Positions 1-9,891 of a stretch of DNA of 28,443 nt are shown here, one piece after another. The notes under the pieces were generated by a model that was not told where the DNA came from, searched no databases, and saw nothing but the letters and a program-made list of their open reading frames with translations. The first letter of the stretch is position 1. Every line of letters begins with the position of its first letter. Origin of the DNA: OCS116 cluster bacterium. GTDB lineage: Bacteria > Pseudomonadota > Alphaproteobacteria > Rhizobiales > OSC116. A program made the translations under genes and the position numbers. Where the stretch lies: the NCBI GenBank assembly GCA_002402005.2, contig NVUS02000053.1:1-28443 (forward strand). The letters are read 5' to 3'.

Positions 1-1610
1 ACTGCCGTCGCGTGGTTAGATAAGAAATTGGTCAGCACCGCAATCATAATAAAGAAGGCCGACAATACCACCCAAATCGGCGATCCCTCAAGGCTGTTGA
101 CCACAGTTTCAGCGATCAAACTCGCCCCACCAACCGCCTCCAAAGCGGTCGACATGGCCAAAGCCGCGCCAATCAGTAAAAATATCTTGCGGTCAATCGC
201 CCGTGTTGCTTGGCGTATATTCAACGAGCCAGTGGCAATCATCACCAACGCCCCAATAAATGCCGAGATCACAATCGGCACAATGTTCAACGCCGCCAAC
301 GCAATGGTCAAAGCAAATATGCCCAATGTGCGCCGTGCGTGGCTCAGCAACGGCATGTCAGTTGCCGACCATTCCAATACCAATAAATCACGGAATGTCC
401 GCATACCAAATATGTCAGCCCGCCGCCCCAGCAATAACAATACATCACCGGCTTCAAGCCGTATTTCGTCAATCGCTTGGCGCATCATGCGTTTGCGGCG
501 TTGAATGCCCAACACCGTACAACCCGTTGCAGCCAAATTGTTAGATTGATTGATGGTCTGTCCAATCATCCGCGACGCCGGCGCCACAATCGCTTCAGCC
601 ATGGTCAAATCAGCCGGGTCAAGGTCAGTGGTCGAATTTGTCCCATAATCAAAACTAGCCCGAATGAAGCTGTTTTTATCGTTGAAATTGCGAGTCAAAA
701 CATCACGTGTCGCCGCCATAATCACCACATCACCAGCCTTAAGCGTCAAATCCTCAAACGGTGGCAATATAGTCTGATATCCCCGGTTCACCGAGCGAAT
801 GGTCATGTTTTTCAATTCCGGAAACAACCCAAATTTACTCTCCATACCAATCAATGGCCCATCTTGGCAAAGCCGTATTTGCGCCAAAAACTGTTTGCCA
901 CGGGTGGCATTTGCCGCCGCTTCATCATTGGTTTTTTCGTTAGACTTCAATATATGCGGCATAATAAATATCACATATAACGCACCCACGGCCGATAACA
1001 TCAGGGCAGGGGCGGTAAAATCAAAAAACCCAATCGGCGGCAGGCCCTTTTGCTCGATGATTGATGATGCCAACAGGTTAGAGGATGACCCAATCAAAGT
1101 GGTCATACCACCCAAAATACTAATGAAACTAAGGCTCATCGCCACTCGTGATTCGGCAATTTTTATCTTGCGCGCCAAACCGATAATGATCGGCAAAAAC
1201 ATAATCACCACTGGCGTATTGTTCAAAAATGCCGACACAGTGCCCGCAATTAAAAATACAATAGCGATTGTCATTTGCGGATGCTTCTCACCCACGCGCG
1301 ATACCAATTGCGCCACACCATCCAATGCCCCGGTTTGGAACAAAGCTTGCCCAATCACCAATAATGACAAGATGGTGATCAGTGCTGGGTTGGCAAACCC
1401 CGCCAGTAAATCCACGCTGGATAAGGCTTTGCCGTCATCCATAATCACCGGAAAGAAGTTAAACAGCACCAAAAACGCCGCAATAATCGCCAGCGAGGTC
1501 ACCTCTAAGCTAATTTTTTCGGCCGCGTAAGATATGATGGCAAATAAGATAATGGCAAAGCACGCCCAGAGCGGAATGTTTGCAGCAATCATGTCGAATA
1601 ATTGAATCAT
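1..1610 (-). CDS. SLC13/CitMHS family di-/tricarboxylate or sulfate permease with two TrkA-C domains (3' end truncated by window edge)
   Basis: Not in the ORF track because it runs off the edge. Manual minus-strand translation from ATG at 1610 gives MIQLFDMIAANIPLWACFAIILF...AGFANPALITILSLLVIGQAL...SAFLNNTPVVIMFLP...LGGMTTLIGSSSNLL...RLEAGDVLLLLG...VLTNFLSNHATAV. These are typical SLC13 motifs (NNTP, TLIGSS-NL, SNxATA). Alternative in-frame ATG at 1592. Confidence 0.9.
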   Translation of the reverse strand, partial: MIQLFDMIAANIPLWACFAIILFAIISYAAEKISLEVTSLAIIAAFLVLFNFFPVIMDDGKALSSVDLLAGFANPALITILSLLVIGQALFQTGALDGVAQLVSRVGEKHPQMTIAIVFLIAGTVSAFLNNTPVVIMFLPIIIGLARKIKIAESRVAMSLSFISILGGMTTLIGSSSNLLASSIIEQKGLPPIGFFDFTAPALMLSAVGALYVIFIMPHILKSNEKTNDEAAANATRGKQFLAQIRLCQDGPLIGMESKFGLFPELKNMTIRSVNRGYQTILPPFEDLTLKAGDVVIMAATRDVLTRNFNDKNSFIRASFDYGTNSTTDLDPADLTMAEAIVAPASRMIGQTINQSNNLAATGCTVLGIQRRKRMMRQAIDEIRLEAGDVLLLLGRRADIFGMRTFRDLLVLEWSATDMPLLSHARRTLGIFALTIALAALNIVPIVISAFIGALVMIATGSLNIRQATRAIDRKIFLLIGAALAMSTALEAVGGASLIAETVVNSLEGSPIWVVLSAFFIMIAVLTNFLSNHATA

Positions 1611-1814
1611 GGTTTAATCATGCGAAATTTTGCCTGCAAAAGCCATAATAAAAAGGTTATAAACTATTTAACGCACAGAAACCCGCAAACAACTTAACTA
1701 TCCCAACCACATATGCTATTGAGCAATTACAGGCTCAATTGAATGAAAAGTCACACCAACAAAAATCATTATTCCGCCTGAATTTTAACCCCTAATCTTA
1801 GAGGGAGACATTAT

Positions 1815-3380
1815 ATGTCTGATACACCAAAAGAAACTGAAACTCCAGAAGTAGAAGCCCCAAAAGTGGAAGCCAATGAAGCTGAAGCTCCTGCTGTAGA
1901 AGCCAGTGCAGAAGCAGGCACTGAACCTACAGAGGAAGCAGCACCAGTAGAAACGAAAGCCGAACAAGCTCCAACTGAAGAAGTAAAGGCTGAAGAATCT
2001 CCTGCCGAAGAAGCTCCAAAAGAAGAAACCAAAACCGAAGACGCACCAGCAACCGAAGACGCACCAGCAGAAGAGGCTTCAACAGCCATCGATGCCAAAG
2101 CTCTATTCCCTAAATTCTTCTCACAATCCGTCAGCGATAGCGATTACGAAATCCGCAAAGCCATCGATAAAGAATATCGCCGCCAGTCAGAAGAAATTGA
2201 ACTGATCGCGTCAGAAAACATCGTTTCACGCGCTGTGATCGAGGCTCAAGGCTCTGTTCTCACCAACAAATACGCTGAAGGCTACCCCGGACGCCGCTAT
2301 TATGGTGGTTGCCAACATGTAGATGTGGTCGAAAATGTTGCCATCGAACGGGCTAAAAAACTATTCGGCGCAGCCTTTGTTAACGTACAACCGCATTCAG
2401 GTTCACAAGCCAATCAAGGCGCCATCATGGCGATGATTGAGCCCGGCGCTACAATTCTAGGCATGAGCTTAGATGCTGGCGGTCACCTAACTCATGGTGC
2501 CAAACCAAACCAAAGCGGCAAATGGTTCAATGCCATTCAATATGGCGTTAAAAAAGCCGACAACCTTATCGATTATGATGAAGTTGCCAAACTGGCCAAA
2601 AAACACAAACCAGCAGTTATCATTGCCGGCGGTTCCGCCATCCCACGCGAAATTGATTTTGCTAAATTCCGCGAAATCGCCGATTCATGTGGTGCAAAAC
2701 TTATGGTAGATATGGCACATTTCGCTGGCCTCGTGGCCGGTGGTCAGCATCCTAACCCAGTCGGCATTGCCGATGTGGTTACCACCACAACTCACAAAAC
2801 ACTACGTGGCCCACGTGGCGGTATGATTTTGACCAATGATGAAGATTTGGCCAAAAAAATCAACTCAGCCATCTTCCCCGGCATACAGGGCGGCCCGCTC
2901 ATGCATGTTATTGCTGCTAAAGCTGTGGCATTTGGCGAAGCGTTGCGTCCTGAGTTTAAACAATATACCCAAGCGGTCATCAACAATGCCCAAAAATTGG
3001 CAGCCACTTTGCAAGAAGGCGGCCTAGACATTGTCACTGGCGGCACCGATACACATGTATTGTTGGTCGATATGCGCCCCAAAAAGCTAACCGGCAAAGC
3101 TGCCGAAGAAGCCTTGGGTCGTGCCAATATCACCTGTAACAAAAATGCTGTTCCGTTCGATCCAGAAAAACCAACCATCACTTCTGGCATTCGTTTGGGC
3201 TCACCTGCGGCAACAACCCGCGGCTTTAGCGAAGCAGAATTCGAAACAATCGGTAAGCTTATTCTTGAAGTTCTCGATGGTTTGGTAGAGAATGGTGAAG
3301 AAGGAAATGGCAAAGTTGAGTCGCGCGTTAAACGTAAAGTGCGCGATCTATGTCGTCGCTTCCCAATTTACGAAGCTTAA
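1815..3380 (+). CDS. glyA: Serine hydroxymethyltransferase with a 90-aa acidic N-terminal extension
   Basis: Motifs [44 protein letters not shown]-lysine motif [34 protein letters not shown] at 1803-1807, 7 nt before ATG 1815. Confidence 0.98.
   Translation: MSDTPKETETPEVEAPKVEANEAEAPAVEASAEAGTEPTEEAAPVETKAEQAPTEEVKAEESPAEEAPKEETKTEDAPATEDAPAEEASTAIDAKALFPKFFSQSVSDSDYEIRKAIDKEYRRQSEEIELIASENIVSRAVIEAQGSVLTNKYAEGYPGRRYYGGCQHVDVVENVAIERAKKLFGAAFVNVQPHSGSQANQGAIMAMIEPGATILGMSLDAGGHLTHGAKPNQSGKWFNAIQYGVKKADNLIDYDEVAKLAKKHKPAVIIAGGSAIPREIDFAKFREIADSCGAKLMVDMAHFAGLVAGGQHPNPVGIADVVTTTTHKTLRGPRGGMILTNDEDLAKKINSAIFPGIQGGPLMHVIAAKAVAFGEALRPEFKQYTQAVINNAQKLAATLQEGGLDIVTGGTDTHVLLVDMRPKKLTGKAAEEALGRANITCNKNAVPFDPEKPTITSGIRLGSPAATTRGFSEAEFETIGKLILEVLDGLVENGEEGNGKVESRVKRKVRDLCRRFPIYEA
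2033..2068 (+). repeat. Perfect 18-bp tandem duplication (AACCGAAGACGCACCAGC x2) encoding TEDAPA x2 in the GlyA extension
   Basis: Read directly from the sequence: 2033-2050 equals 2051-2068. Confidence 0.95.
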
Positions 3381-3437
3381 GTCACAGATTGGCTGCGCAT
3401 ACGCTACCCATCTAAAGATTTAGAATAAGGATAGTCT

Positions 3438-3899
3438 ATGCGTTGCCCATTTTGTGCCAATACCGACACACAAGTTAAAGATAGTCGACCGACGGATGAG
3501 CATACAGCCATTCGTCGTCGTCGTTTCTGCCCCGAGTGCGGCGGCAGGTTCACCACCTTCGAGCGGGTGCAATTGCGTGAGCTAACAGTGGTCAAAAAAA
3601 GCGGCCGGCGCATTGCCTTTAACCGCGAAAAACTCATGGCATCCGTACAAGTCGCCTTGCGCAAACGCGATGTTGATGAAGATCGTATCGAGCGCATGGT
3701 CAGTGGCATCGCCCGGCGGTTAGAGAGCCGCGGCGAAAACGAAGTGCAGTCCGAACTCATCGGTCAAATGGTTATGGATGGCCTGCGCGCGTTGGATGAA
3801 GTGGCTTACATTCGCTTTGCCTCAGTTTATCGAGATTTTCACGAGGCTAAGGAATTTGGCGAAATTATCAACAAATTGGCCGATGAAGATGACACCTAA
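3438..3899 (+). CDS. nrdR: Transcriptional repressor NrdR
   Basis: MRCPFC...DSR...[18 protein letters not shown] zinc ribbon followed by an ATP-cone ([10 protein letters not shown]). Confidence 0.98.
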   Translation: MRCPFCANTDTQVKDSRPTDEHTAIRRRRFCPECGGRFTTFERVQLRELTVVKKSGRRIAFNREKLMASVQVALRKRDVDEDRIERMVSGIARRLESRGENEVQSELIGQMVMDGLRALDEVAYIRFASVYRDFHEAKEFGEIINKLADEDDT

Positions 3900-4084
3900 T
3901 ATATTGATTTAAAGGCTTAACGTTAAGCATGTTAAGCCAGAATATGGTGTAAGAGCTCAGATTTTAGCAGACTTAAAACTTAAAAATGTTATATTGCGGC
4001 CAAATTCGGCAATAGAAATCATATATAGATGGTTTTTGCCAACTTAAAATGGGTCAAACCCCATCGATGAATGGAAAATTATAA

Positions 4085-4585
4085 ATGTCAGATAACTCCC
4101 CAAATTCTGCAAAAAAAGTCAAAACCCCTTCAGCCCGCTCTTTGTCCCGCCTAGGCGCAGTTTTGGCGCTTTATCAAATGGACATTGCCGGCACAGATTT
4201 AAACATTATCATTGATGAATTTGTCAATGCCCGTGGCCCATCAGCATTGGATGATGACAATCCAGACAGCATGCAAATCGATCTTTCCACCATGGATAAA
4301 GATCTGTTCACTGACATTTTACACGGAATGGTTGCAAATCAAAAAGAAATTGACACCGCCATTCACGACCGGTTGAACCAAGATTGGCCAATGGCACGTA
4401 TCGATACAACGTTACGAGCCATTTTCAGAGCCAGCGGTTACGAAATGCTAAAACGCGCCGATATACCGCCAAAAGTCATTATAAATGAATACGTTGAGAT
4501 GTCTAAAGCATTTTTCGATGGCCGCGAAACCAATATGATTAATGGCGTACTCGATAGCATTGCTAAAGATATTCGCGCATTATGA
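4085..4585 (+). CDS. nusB: Transcription antitermination factor NusB
   Basis: RSLSRLGAVLALYQMD...W...RID..LRAI.R...YE...VIINEYVE...INGVLD pattern; position in the conserved nrdR-(rib)-nusB-thiL block. Confidence 0.95.
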   Translation: MSDNSPNSAKKVKTPSARSLSRLGAVLALYQMDIAGTDLNIIIDEFVNARGPSALDDDNPDSMQIDLSTMDKDLFTDILHGMVANQKEIDTAIHDRLNQDWPMARIDTTLRAIFRASGYEMLKRADIPPKVIINEYVEMSKAFFDGRETNMINGVLDSIAKDIRAL

Positions 4586-4658
4586 TTTATTCGGTTGATT
4601 TTACAACTTATACGCGTTAGGAATGATTTACCAAAGTAAACTAAAGGCGTAGTTGGAC

Positions 4659-5639
4659 GTGCGTGAAAAAGATATCATTGCTAAATATTTTTCTCCTTTG
4701 TCAAAAAACGCGAAGGGCGCTGATGAGCTGAAAGACGACATTGCCGTGCTTGGTAATTTAGGCTCTGGTTTGTTGGCCATTAATATGGACACTTTGGTCG
4801 CTGGCACGCATTTTTTTTCAGATGATGACCCAACCATTTTGGCGCAAAAAGCTTTGCGGGTGAATATATCCGATCTGGCCGCCAAGGGCGCAGTGCCATT
4901 TGGTTATTTTCTATCTTTGGCTTTGCCCAAAACCGCTACCGAGGCTTATATAAAAGCCTTTGCGCATGGTTTGGCGATAGATCAACGTAATTTTAATCTC
5001 AATCTTTTGGGCGGCGATACGGTCAAAACCAAAGGCCCACTCACCATCACCATCACCATTTTGGGCTTGCTTTCCAGCAGCGAAATCCCGCGCCGTTCCA
5101 CCGCCCAAGCCGGCGATGATATCTATGTTTCCGGCACAATTGGCGATGGTGCTTTGGGCTTGTTGGCACATCCAAGCTATACTGGCAAAAACCGACTCAC
5201 CGCAAAATATAGCCGCCACATTGGTCATTATTTATGCCCCGAGCCCCGGGTCGAATTACAACCGATTATTTCAAAATTTGCCAGCGCGTCAATGGACATT
5301 TCTGATGGCTTGTTAGGCGATTTAACCAATATTCTAAACAGCTCCGAGCTGGGTGCTGAACTTAATGTCGATCACATCCCGTTCAGCGAAGAAACCAAAT
5401 CAATATTGCTCAATGAAATTGACATGTTGCCGACCATTCTAACTGGCGGCGATGATTATGAAATATTATTCACCGCTGCCCCCCAACATGCTGCTGACAT
5501 TGAAAAACAGGCTAGAAAACTGCATTTCGACCTAACAAAAATCGGCACTATGAATGCGGGCAGTGAATTGCAATTGTTGGATGGCAATAAGTCCCTCAAC
5601 ATTGCCGGTTTTAATCTCAGCCATTCACACACATGGTAG
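4659..5639 (+). CDS. thiL: Thiamine-monophosphate kinase
   Basis: DDIAVL, DTLVAGTHF, RVNISDLAAKGA, LLGGDT, GTIGDGALG, MDISDGLLGDL, GGDDYEILF motifs. Start taken as GTG 4659; the ORF track uses TTG 4653. Confidence 0.95.
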   Translation: MREKDIIAKYFSPLSKNAKGADELKDDIAVLGNLGSGLLAINMDTLVAGTHFFSDDDPTILAQKALRVNISDLAAKGAVPFGYFLSLALPKTATEAYIKAFAHGLAIDQRNFNLNLLGGDTVKTKGPLTITITILGLLSSSEIPRRSTAQAGDDIYVSGTIGDGALGLLAHPSYTGKNRLTAKYSRHIGHYLCPEPRVELQPIISKFASASMDISDGLLGDLTNILNSSELGAELNVDHIPFSEETKSILLNEIDMLPTILTGGDDYEILFTAAPQHAADIEKQARKLHFDLTKIGTMNAGSELQLLDGNKSLNIAGFNLSHSHTW

Positions 5640-5641
5640 GT

Positions 5642-7819
5642 TTAGGCCAGTATTTTCTGAATGAATATATCAACTTCAGCATGTAATTTATGGGTTTTGT
5701 CATCCATATCAGTGGCGGCTTCATTCATTTCTAACGCCAATTTATTGGCCTCAATCGCGCGCTCGCTTACCGATTCGATGTTTTGCGATACCAATAATGT
5801 CTCCGCCGAGGCTTCGCGAATGTTCTGAGTGATCAATTGGGTGGCGCTGCCTTGCTCTTCAACTGCCGATACCACAATAGAGGTGATGGCATTCACCTTA
5901 TCCATAATATTGGTTATGGCGCTAATTTCCACTACAGTGTCTTTGGTCGAGGATTGTATTTGCTCAATATGCCGTCTAATCTCATCAGTAGCCTTCGAGG
6001 TTTGTGAGGCCAAAGCCTTCACTTCGGAGGCCACAACCGCAAACCCCTTGCCAGCATCGCCCGCCCGCGCTGCCTCAATGGTTGCGTTCAATGCCAATAG
6101 ATTTGTTTGCTCGGCAATGGATTGAATGATCGAAACCACACTGCCAATGGCATCCGCCGCCTCGGTTAGCTCTTTCACTTTTTCACTGGTTTGGCTCGCA
6201 CCTTGCATGGCTTCTTCAACAATTTCATGGCTTTGGTTCACTTGGCTGGCAATTTCTAAAATGGATGATGAAAGCTGTTCCGCCGCCGTTGCCACGGTCT
6301 GCACATTCATCGAGGCTTTTTGCGATGCGCTTTGCGTGTCTTTTGATTCGGCTCTGTTTTGTTGCGCCCCCTCGATCAGGTTGCTAGATGTTAAATTCAT
6401 GTTTTCACAGCTATGCCCGACATTCTCAATGAATCCCATAATATTTTTCTGAAACTCTTCGGCAAAACTCACTCTTTGTTGTTTGGCTTTGTTTACCATA
6501 TCGTCGCGTTGGCGGGCTTGCTCAGCTTCCATTTGCACCCGTTTCATTGCATTTTCTTTAAAAACTTCAACCGTTTGGCTCATCTCGCCAACTTCGTCCT
6601 TTCGGTCATTATCGGTAATTTCAACGCTCAAATCGCCTTCTGCTATCCGCAACATGGTGTGGGTAAGGTTGGAGATTGGGCGGGTGACGGCACGCGCCGC
6701 CATGGCGCCCAACAAGGCAATCAGCGTAGTCAAAACCAAAGTGGCTATCAACATATAATTGCGCGCTTGGCTCAGCGGTATTTCCACTTCATCAGTGGCT
6801 TGCATGGCCAATAATGTCCAATCAAGCCCATGAAATTTAAACGGTGCAGCCGCCATCACTGCATTCACCCCCAGGTAATCTTGGTCAAATTCAATCGTGG
6901 CTTTGCCTATGGGCAGATCTTGTTTGATGATTCGGGCTTCAATTCTTGTAGCCAATATTTCAGAATCAACCAGATTTTTGGGGTGGGTGCGCAAGGTTTG
7001 GTCAGCACCGGTCAGCAAAGTTGCACCAGTTTCACCCAAATTATCACCAGAATCCATAATGCTTTCAATAATATCGGTCGGCATCTGAAACGCAATCACC
7101 CCCACTTTGCGGTTGGATATGCCGGCTGCATATATGGTTTTGGCCACAAAGCTAGCCGCCGCGCCATTGCTTGGCGCATAATGTTCAAAATCTTGAAAAT
7201 AAAATTGGCTTTTGTCATTACTTTTCAAGGCTTTGCGGTAAACTTTACCCAGCCCGGTGTCTTTATATTCGCCGTTTAAAAAATTGGTGGCATAATCATA
7301 TTCTTTATATACCGAATAGATTAAATCACCATCCATATTGAAAATGAAAATATCATAATAGCCACGAATTTTCAAAAATTCTCGAAAATGATAATGATGC
7401 TTTTGATGCGCCTCATGATAAGCGGTAGAGCCAAAAGCGCGTTCAAACTTTTCCTTCTGCCCGGTCGGGTAGGGGTTGTCCAAAATATAAGCTTTCTGGA
7501 GTTTTTTCTTCACGTCACCATCGATAGTTTGCCATGCGTCATCAAAATCATACAGCGCCTTCAAAGTTTCACGAGCCGAGGATTTAATCACTATATCTTG
7601 TTCAACATTGGCGAAAAAAGTGTTGAGTAATTTCTTTTGGCCAGACAATACACTGGTAAAACGATCCTTCACCGCATGGTTCACTTGGTTCGAAACCTCT
7701 GCATAGCCCAAATAGCCGGCACTGGTTGCCGCAACAATTGCCGCCAAAACAAACAATATTGGCAGCTTATATTTAAGTTTCATATTTTTCGAAAAAATAT
7801 TTAAATTCACCATTCTCAT
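5642..7819 (-). CDS. Methyl-accepting chemotaxis protein (periplasmic dCache-like sensor, HAMP, MA signalling domain)
   Basis: Two TM segments, HAMP ([24 protein letters not shown]...DEVGEMS), and the hairpin-tip signature [40 protein letters not shown] 7819 follows GGGA; the ORF track starts at TTG 7822. Confidence 0.95.
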   Translation of the reverse strand: MRMVNLNIFSKNMKLKYKLPILFVLAAIVAATSAGYLGYAEVSNQVNHAVKDRFTSVLSGQKKLLNTFFANVEQDIVIKSSARETLKALYDFDDAWQTIDGDVKKKLQKAYILDNPYPTGQKEKFERAFGSTAYHEAHQKHHYHFREFLKIRGYYDIFIFNMDGDLIYSVYKEYDYATNFLNGEYKDTGLGKVYRKALKSNDKSQFYFQDFEHYAPSNGAAASFVAKTIYAAGISNRKVGVIAFQMPTDIIESIMDSGDNLGETGATLLTGADQTLRTHPKNLVDSEILATRIEARIIKQDLPIGKATIEFDQDYLGVNAVMAAAPFKFHGLDWTLLAMQATDEVEIPLSQARNYMLIATLVLTTLIALLGAMAARAVTRPISNLTHTMLRIAEGDLSVEITDNDRKDEVGEMSQTVEVFKENAMKRVQMEAEQARQRDDMVNKAKQQRVSFAEEFQKNIMGFIENVGHSCENMNLTSSNLIEGAQQNRAESKDTQSASQKASMNVQTVATAAEQLSSSILEIASQVNQSHEIVEEAMQGASQTSEKVKELTEAADAIGSVVSIIQSIAEQTNLLALNATIEAARAGDAGKGFAVVASEVKALASQTSKATDEIRRHIEQIQSSTKDTVVEISAITNIMDKVNAITSIVVSAVEEQGSATQLITQNIREASAETLLVSQNIESVSERAIEANKLALEMNEAATDMDDKTHKLHAEVDIFIQKILA

Positions 7820-7876
7820 CAATTCCCATCAAAATAATTTTACCGTCAAATTAAATATCATTACAGTTTAATTTAA

Positions 7877-7891
7877 TTAATAGGAGATTAA
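7877..7891. promoter_or_regulatory. Candidate CtrA box TTAA-N7-TTAA upstream of the chemoreceptor
   Basis: TTAA TAGGAGA TTAA, about 60-70 bp upstream of the MCP start. It lacks the terminal C of the TTAA-N7-TTAAC consensus and lies in very AT-rich DNA. Confidence 0.45.
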
Positions 7892-8109
7892 AAATACACG
7901 AGAATAATATAATTTAACCCTAATTATCAATAAGTTATATATGTTTCGTAAAGTTGTATATGTTTGCCAATTACCCGTAAAATATGGTGTCAAATGGCTG
8001 CCTAAAAATGGATTCAGGCCAGTTATCCAATAGATCAATACTATTGAGTGGTTGTCGCCGGATTTTTAGTTTACTTGATAGTTAATTCTACATTTTTCAA
8101 TGGTATTTT

Positions 8110-9327
8110 ATGACTGACCTAGCTTTAAACTCTCCCATAAATGACAAGGCTTCAAAACGCAATGCCATAATCTTGGCATTATGTTTTGCCCTTGGCGGCG
8201 TCACCACTTTCTGCGTGATGAGCTTGGCCGCCAATGTTGGTTATGGCATGGCGGCGGATAAAGGCAATGCCACGCTGCCAATCACTGCATTTCTAGTCGC
8301 CTCCATGTTCACCTCCATTCCGGCTTCAATGTTGATGCAAAAAATCGGCCGTAAATCGGGCTTTCGCATCGGCATTATATTCGGCACATTGGGCTGTTTA
8401 TTGGCCGCTTATTCCATTTACTTAAGCAGTTTCTGGCTGCTATGCGCCTCAACTTTCCTCATCGGCATCATGGCTTCGTTCCAAGCTTTCTATCGCTTCG
8501 CCGCTGCCGATACCGCGTCAGATCGGTTTAAAAGCGTGGCGGTGTCATGGGTTATGTTTGGCGGCGTTTTGGCCCCCATCGTTGCCCCTAGCCTGATCAG
8601 CTATAGCAAAAACCTGCTCGACCCATATTTCATTGCCGGCACATTCATTGTCGCCGCCGCGGTCACTATGGTGGCGTTTGTTCTGGTCGGTTTCATCAAC
8701 ATCCCGCACGAAACCACCAAGTCCAAAAAAGACACCGGCCGCCCCTTGCTCGAGATTATCAAACAACCATTATTCGCCATTTCCGTCGGCGCTGCCATGG
8801 CCAGCTATGGTTTGATGACCTTCGTCATGACCGCCACCCCACTGGCCATTCTAGGCTGTGGTCAAGGTTACGAAATTGACGACGTCACCTTCGTCATTCA
8901 ATGGCATGCCATCGCCATGTATGGCCCTGCCTTCTTCACCGGCAAAATCATCCAACGAATCGGCGCACAAACCGTCATCATGCTCGGCTTGGTTATGCTC
9001 ACCGGTTGTGCAGTGGTCGCCGCTATGGGCGTCGAGCTCAGCCATTTCTGGGTGGCACTGGTATTGCTCGGCCTTGGGTGGAATTTCGGCTTTGTCGGCG
9101 CCACCGCCATGGTCACCAAATATTACCGTTCCGAAGAAAAATTCAAAGCCCAAGCGTTTAATGATTTCTGCGTATTCGGCACTTTGGCCATTGGCTCATT
9201 CGCTTCAGGCAAAATTTACAATCATTGGGGTTGGGATGGCGTGACCATGATCATTTACCCGATCGCCGCCTTCGCGCTGCTATTGGTTCTCCTGTCGTTC
9301 TTTTTTAAAGATCAGAAAACCGTTTAG
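8110..9327 (+). CDS. MFS transporter, RfnT (riboflavin transporter)-like family
   Basis: Highly hydrophobic 405-aa MFS with motifs I recall from rhizobial RfnT (YRFAA, SWVMxGG, DTGRPLxEI, SYxLMTFVMTAxP, IQWH, FFTGKxI, HFWxALxxLGxGWNFGFxGATAM, KAQxxNDF). It sits in the syntenic position downstream of nusB. MFS assignment is secure; the substrate is inferred. Confidence 0.8.
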   Translation: MTDLALNSPINDKASKRNAIILALCFALGGVTTFCVMSLAANVGYGMAADKGNATLPITAFLVASMFTSIPASMLMQKIGRKSGFRIGIIFGTLGCLLAAYSIYLSSFWLLCASTFLIGIMASFQAFYRFAAADTASDRFKSVAVSWVMFGGVLAPIVAPSLISYSKNLLDPYFIAGTFIVAAAVTMVAFVLVGFINIPHETTKSKKDTGRPLLEIIKQPLFAISVGAAMASYGLMTFVMTATPLAILGCGQGYEIDDVTFVIQWHAIAMYGPAFFTGKIIQRIGAQTVIMLGLVMLTGCAVVAAMGVELSHFWVALVLLGLGWNFGFVGATAMVTKYYRSEEKFKAQAFNDFCVFGTLAIGSFASGKIYNHWGWDGVTMIIYPIAAFALLLVLLSFFFKDQKTV

Positions 9328-9339
9328 ATTATAATCAAA

Positions 9340-9371
9340 AAAATAGCCGCTCATAAACAAGCGGCTATTTT
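9340..9371. terminator. Bidirectional rho-independent terminator between the MFS gene and bamE
   Basis: AAAATAGCCGCT-cataaaca-AGCGGCTATTTT, 12-bp perfect stem between convergent genes with A/T tracts on both sides. Confidence 0.85.
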
Positions 9372-9393
9372 CATATATTTTAAACTGGCTGAG

Positions 9394-9891
9394 TTAGAAG
9401 TTGATTGATTTACCATCAGCAAACCCACCACTAGAGCCACCACCCGGTGTGCTCGCGCCAACGCCGCCAAACAGCTCCTGAATAAAGTTCAGGTCTTTCT
9501 TATATGTCGGTGTGGTTTGGCTAATAAAATCAATCACCACGCCATCTTGTAAGCCATAATGAGCGATTTTTTTCACCCGTTTATTGTTACCAAAATGCAC
9601 TGCCACAACTTGCCGTTCACTTTCTTTTGGTCCAATCAAGCCAAATCGGTCTTGCTTAGAGCTTATGTAATAATAAGACAAGCCGTTAGCCGTTGTGGTC
9701 ACCGAAGGGCTGCCCAATATGGCGTTGACTTCCTTTTTGGGCATACCAACTGTAATGTCTTCAACCGCGCCCGATTGCGCCACATAACCATGCTGGTCAA
9801 TCACTGTCCCACAGGCACTCAACATAAATGTCGATCCCAACAGAGCAAGGGCAAAAATAGTGCGAATTTTATTTGTATTTTTTTGTTTCAT
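9394..9891 (-). CDS. bamE: Outer membrane protein assembly lipoprotein BamE (SmpA/OmlA)
   Basis: Lipobox LSAC after a hydrophobic signal; HGY...ITVGMPKKEVNAILGSPS...YYYIS...RQVVAVHF SmpA/OmlA pattern; divergent from cbp3 as in Rhizobiales. Confidence 0.9.
   Translation of the reverse strand: MKQKNTNKIRTIFALALLGSTFMLSACGTVIDQHGYVAQSGAVEDITVGMPKKEVNAILGSPSVTTTANGLSYYYISSKQDRFGLIGPKESERQVVAVHFGNNKRVKKIAHYGLQDGVVIDFISQTTPTYKKDLNFIQELFGGVGASTPGGGSSGGFADGKSINF

Noticed and set aside
28-1530. Long plus-strand ORFs (28-504, 477-980, 799-1530)
   Set aside because: Antisense shadows of the minus-strand SLC13 permease; no family motifs.
1785-2098. Minus-strand ORFs opposite the GlyA extension (Ser/Ala-rich 95 aa; Phe/Cys-rich 60 aa)
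   Set aside because: By-products of low-complexity GAA/GCT codons on the plus strand; no RBS or motifs.
7941-8033. 30-aa ORF (MFRKVVYVCQ...) in the MCP-MFS intergenic region
   Set aside because: No SD, no recognisable motif, and within chance expectation.
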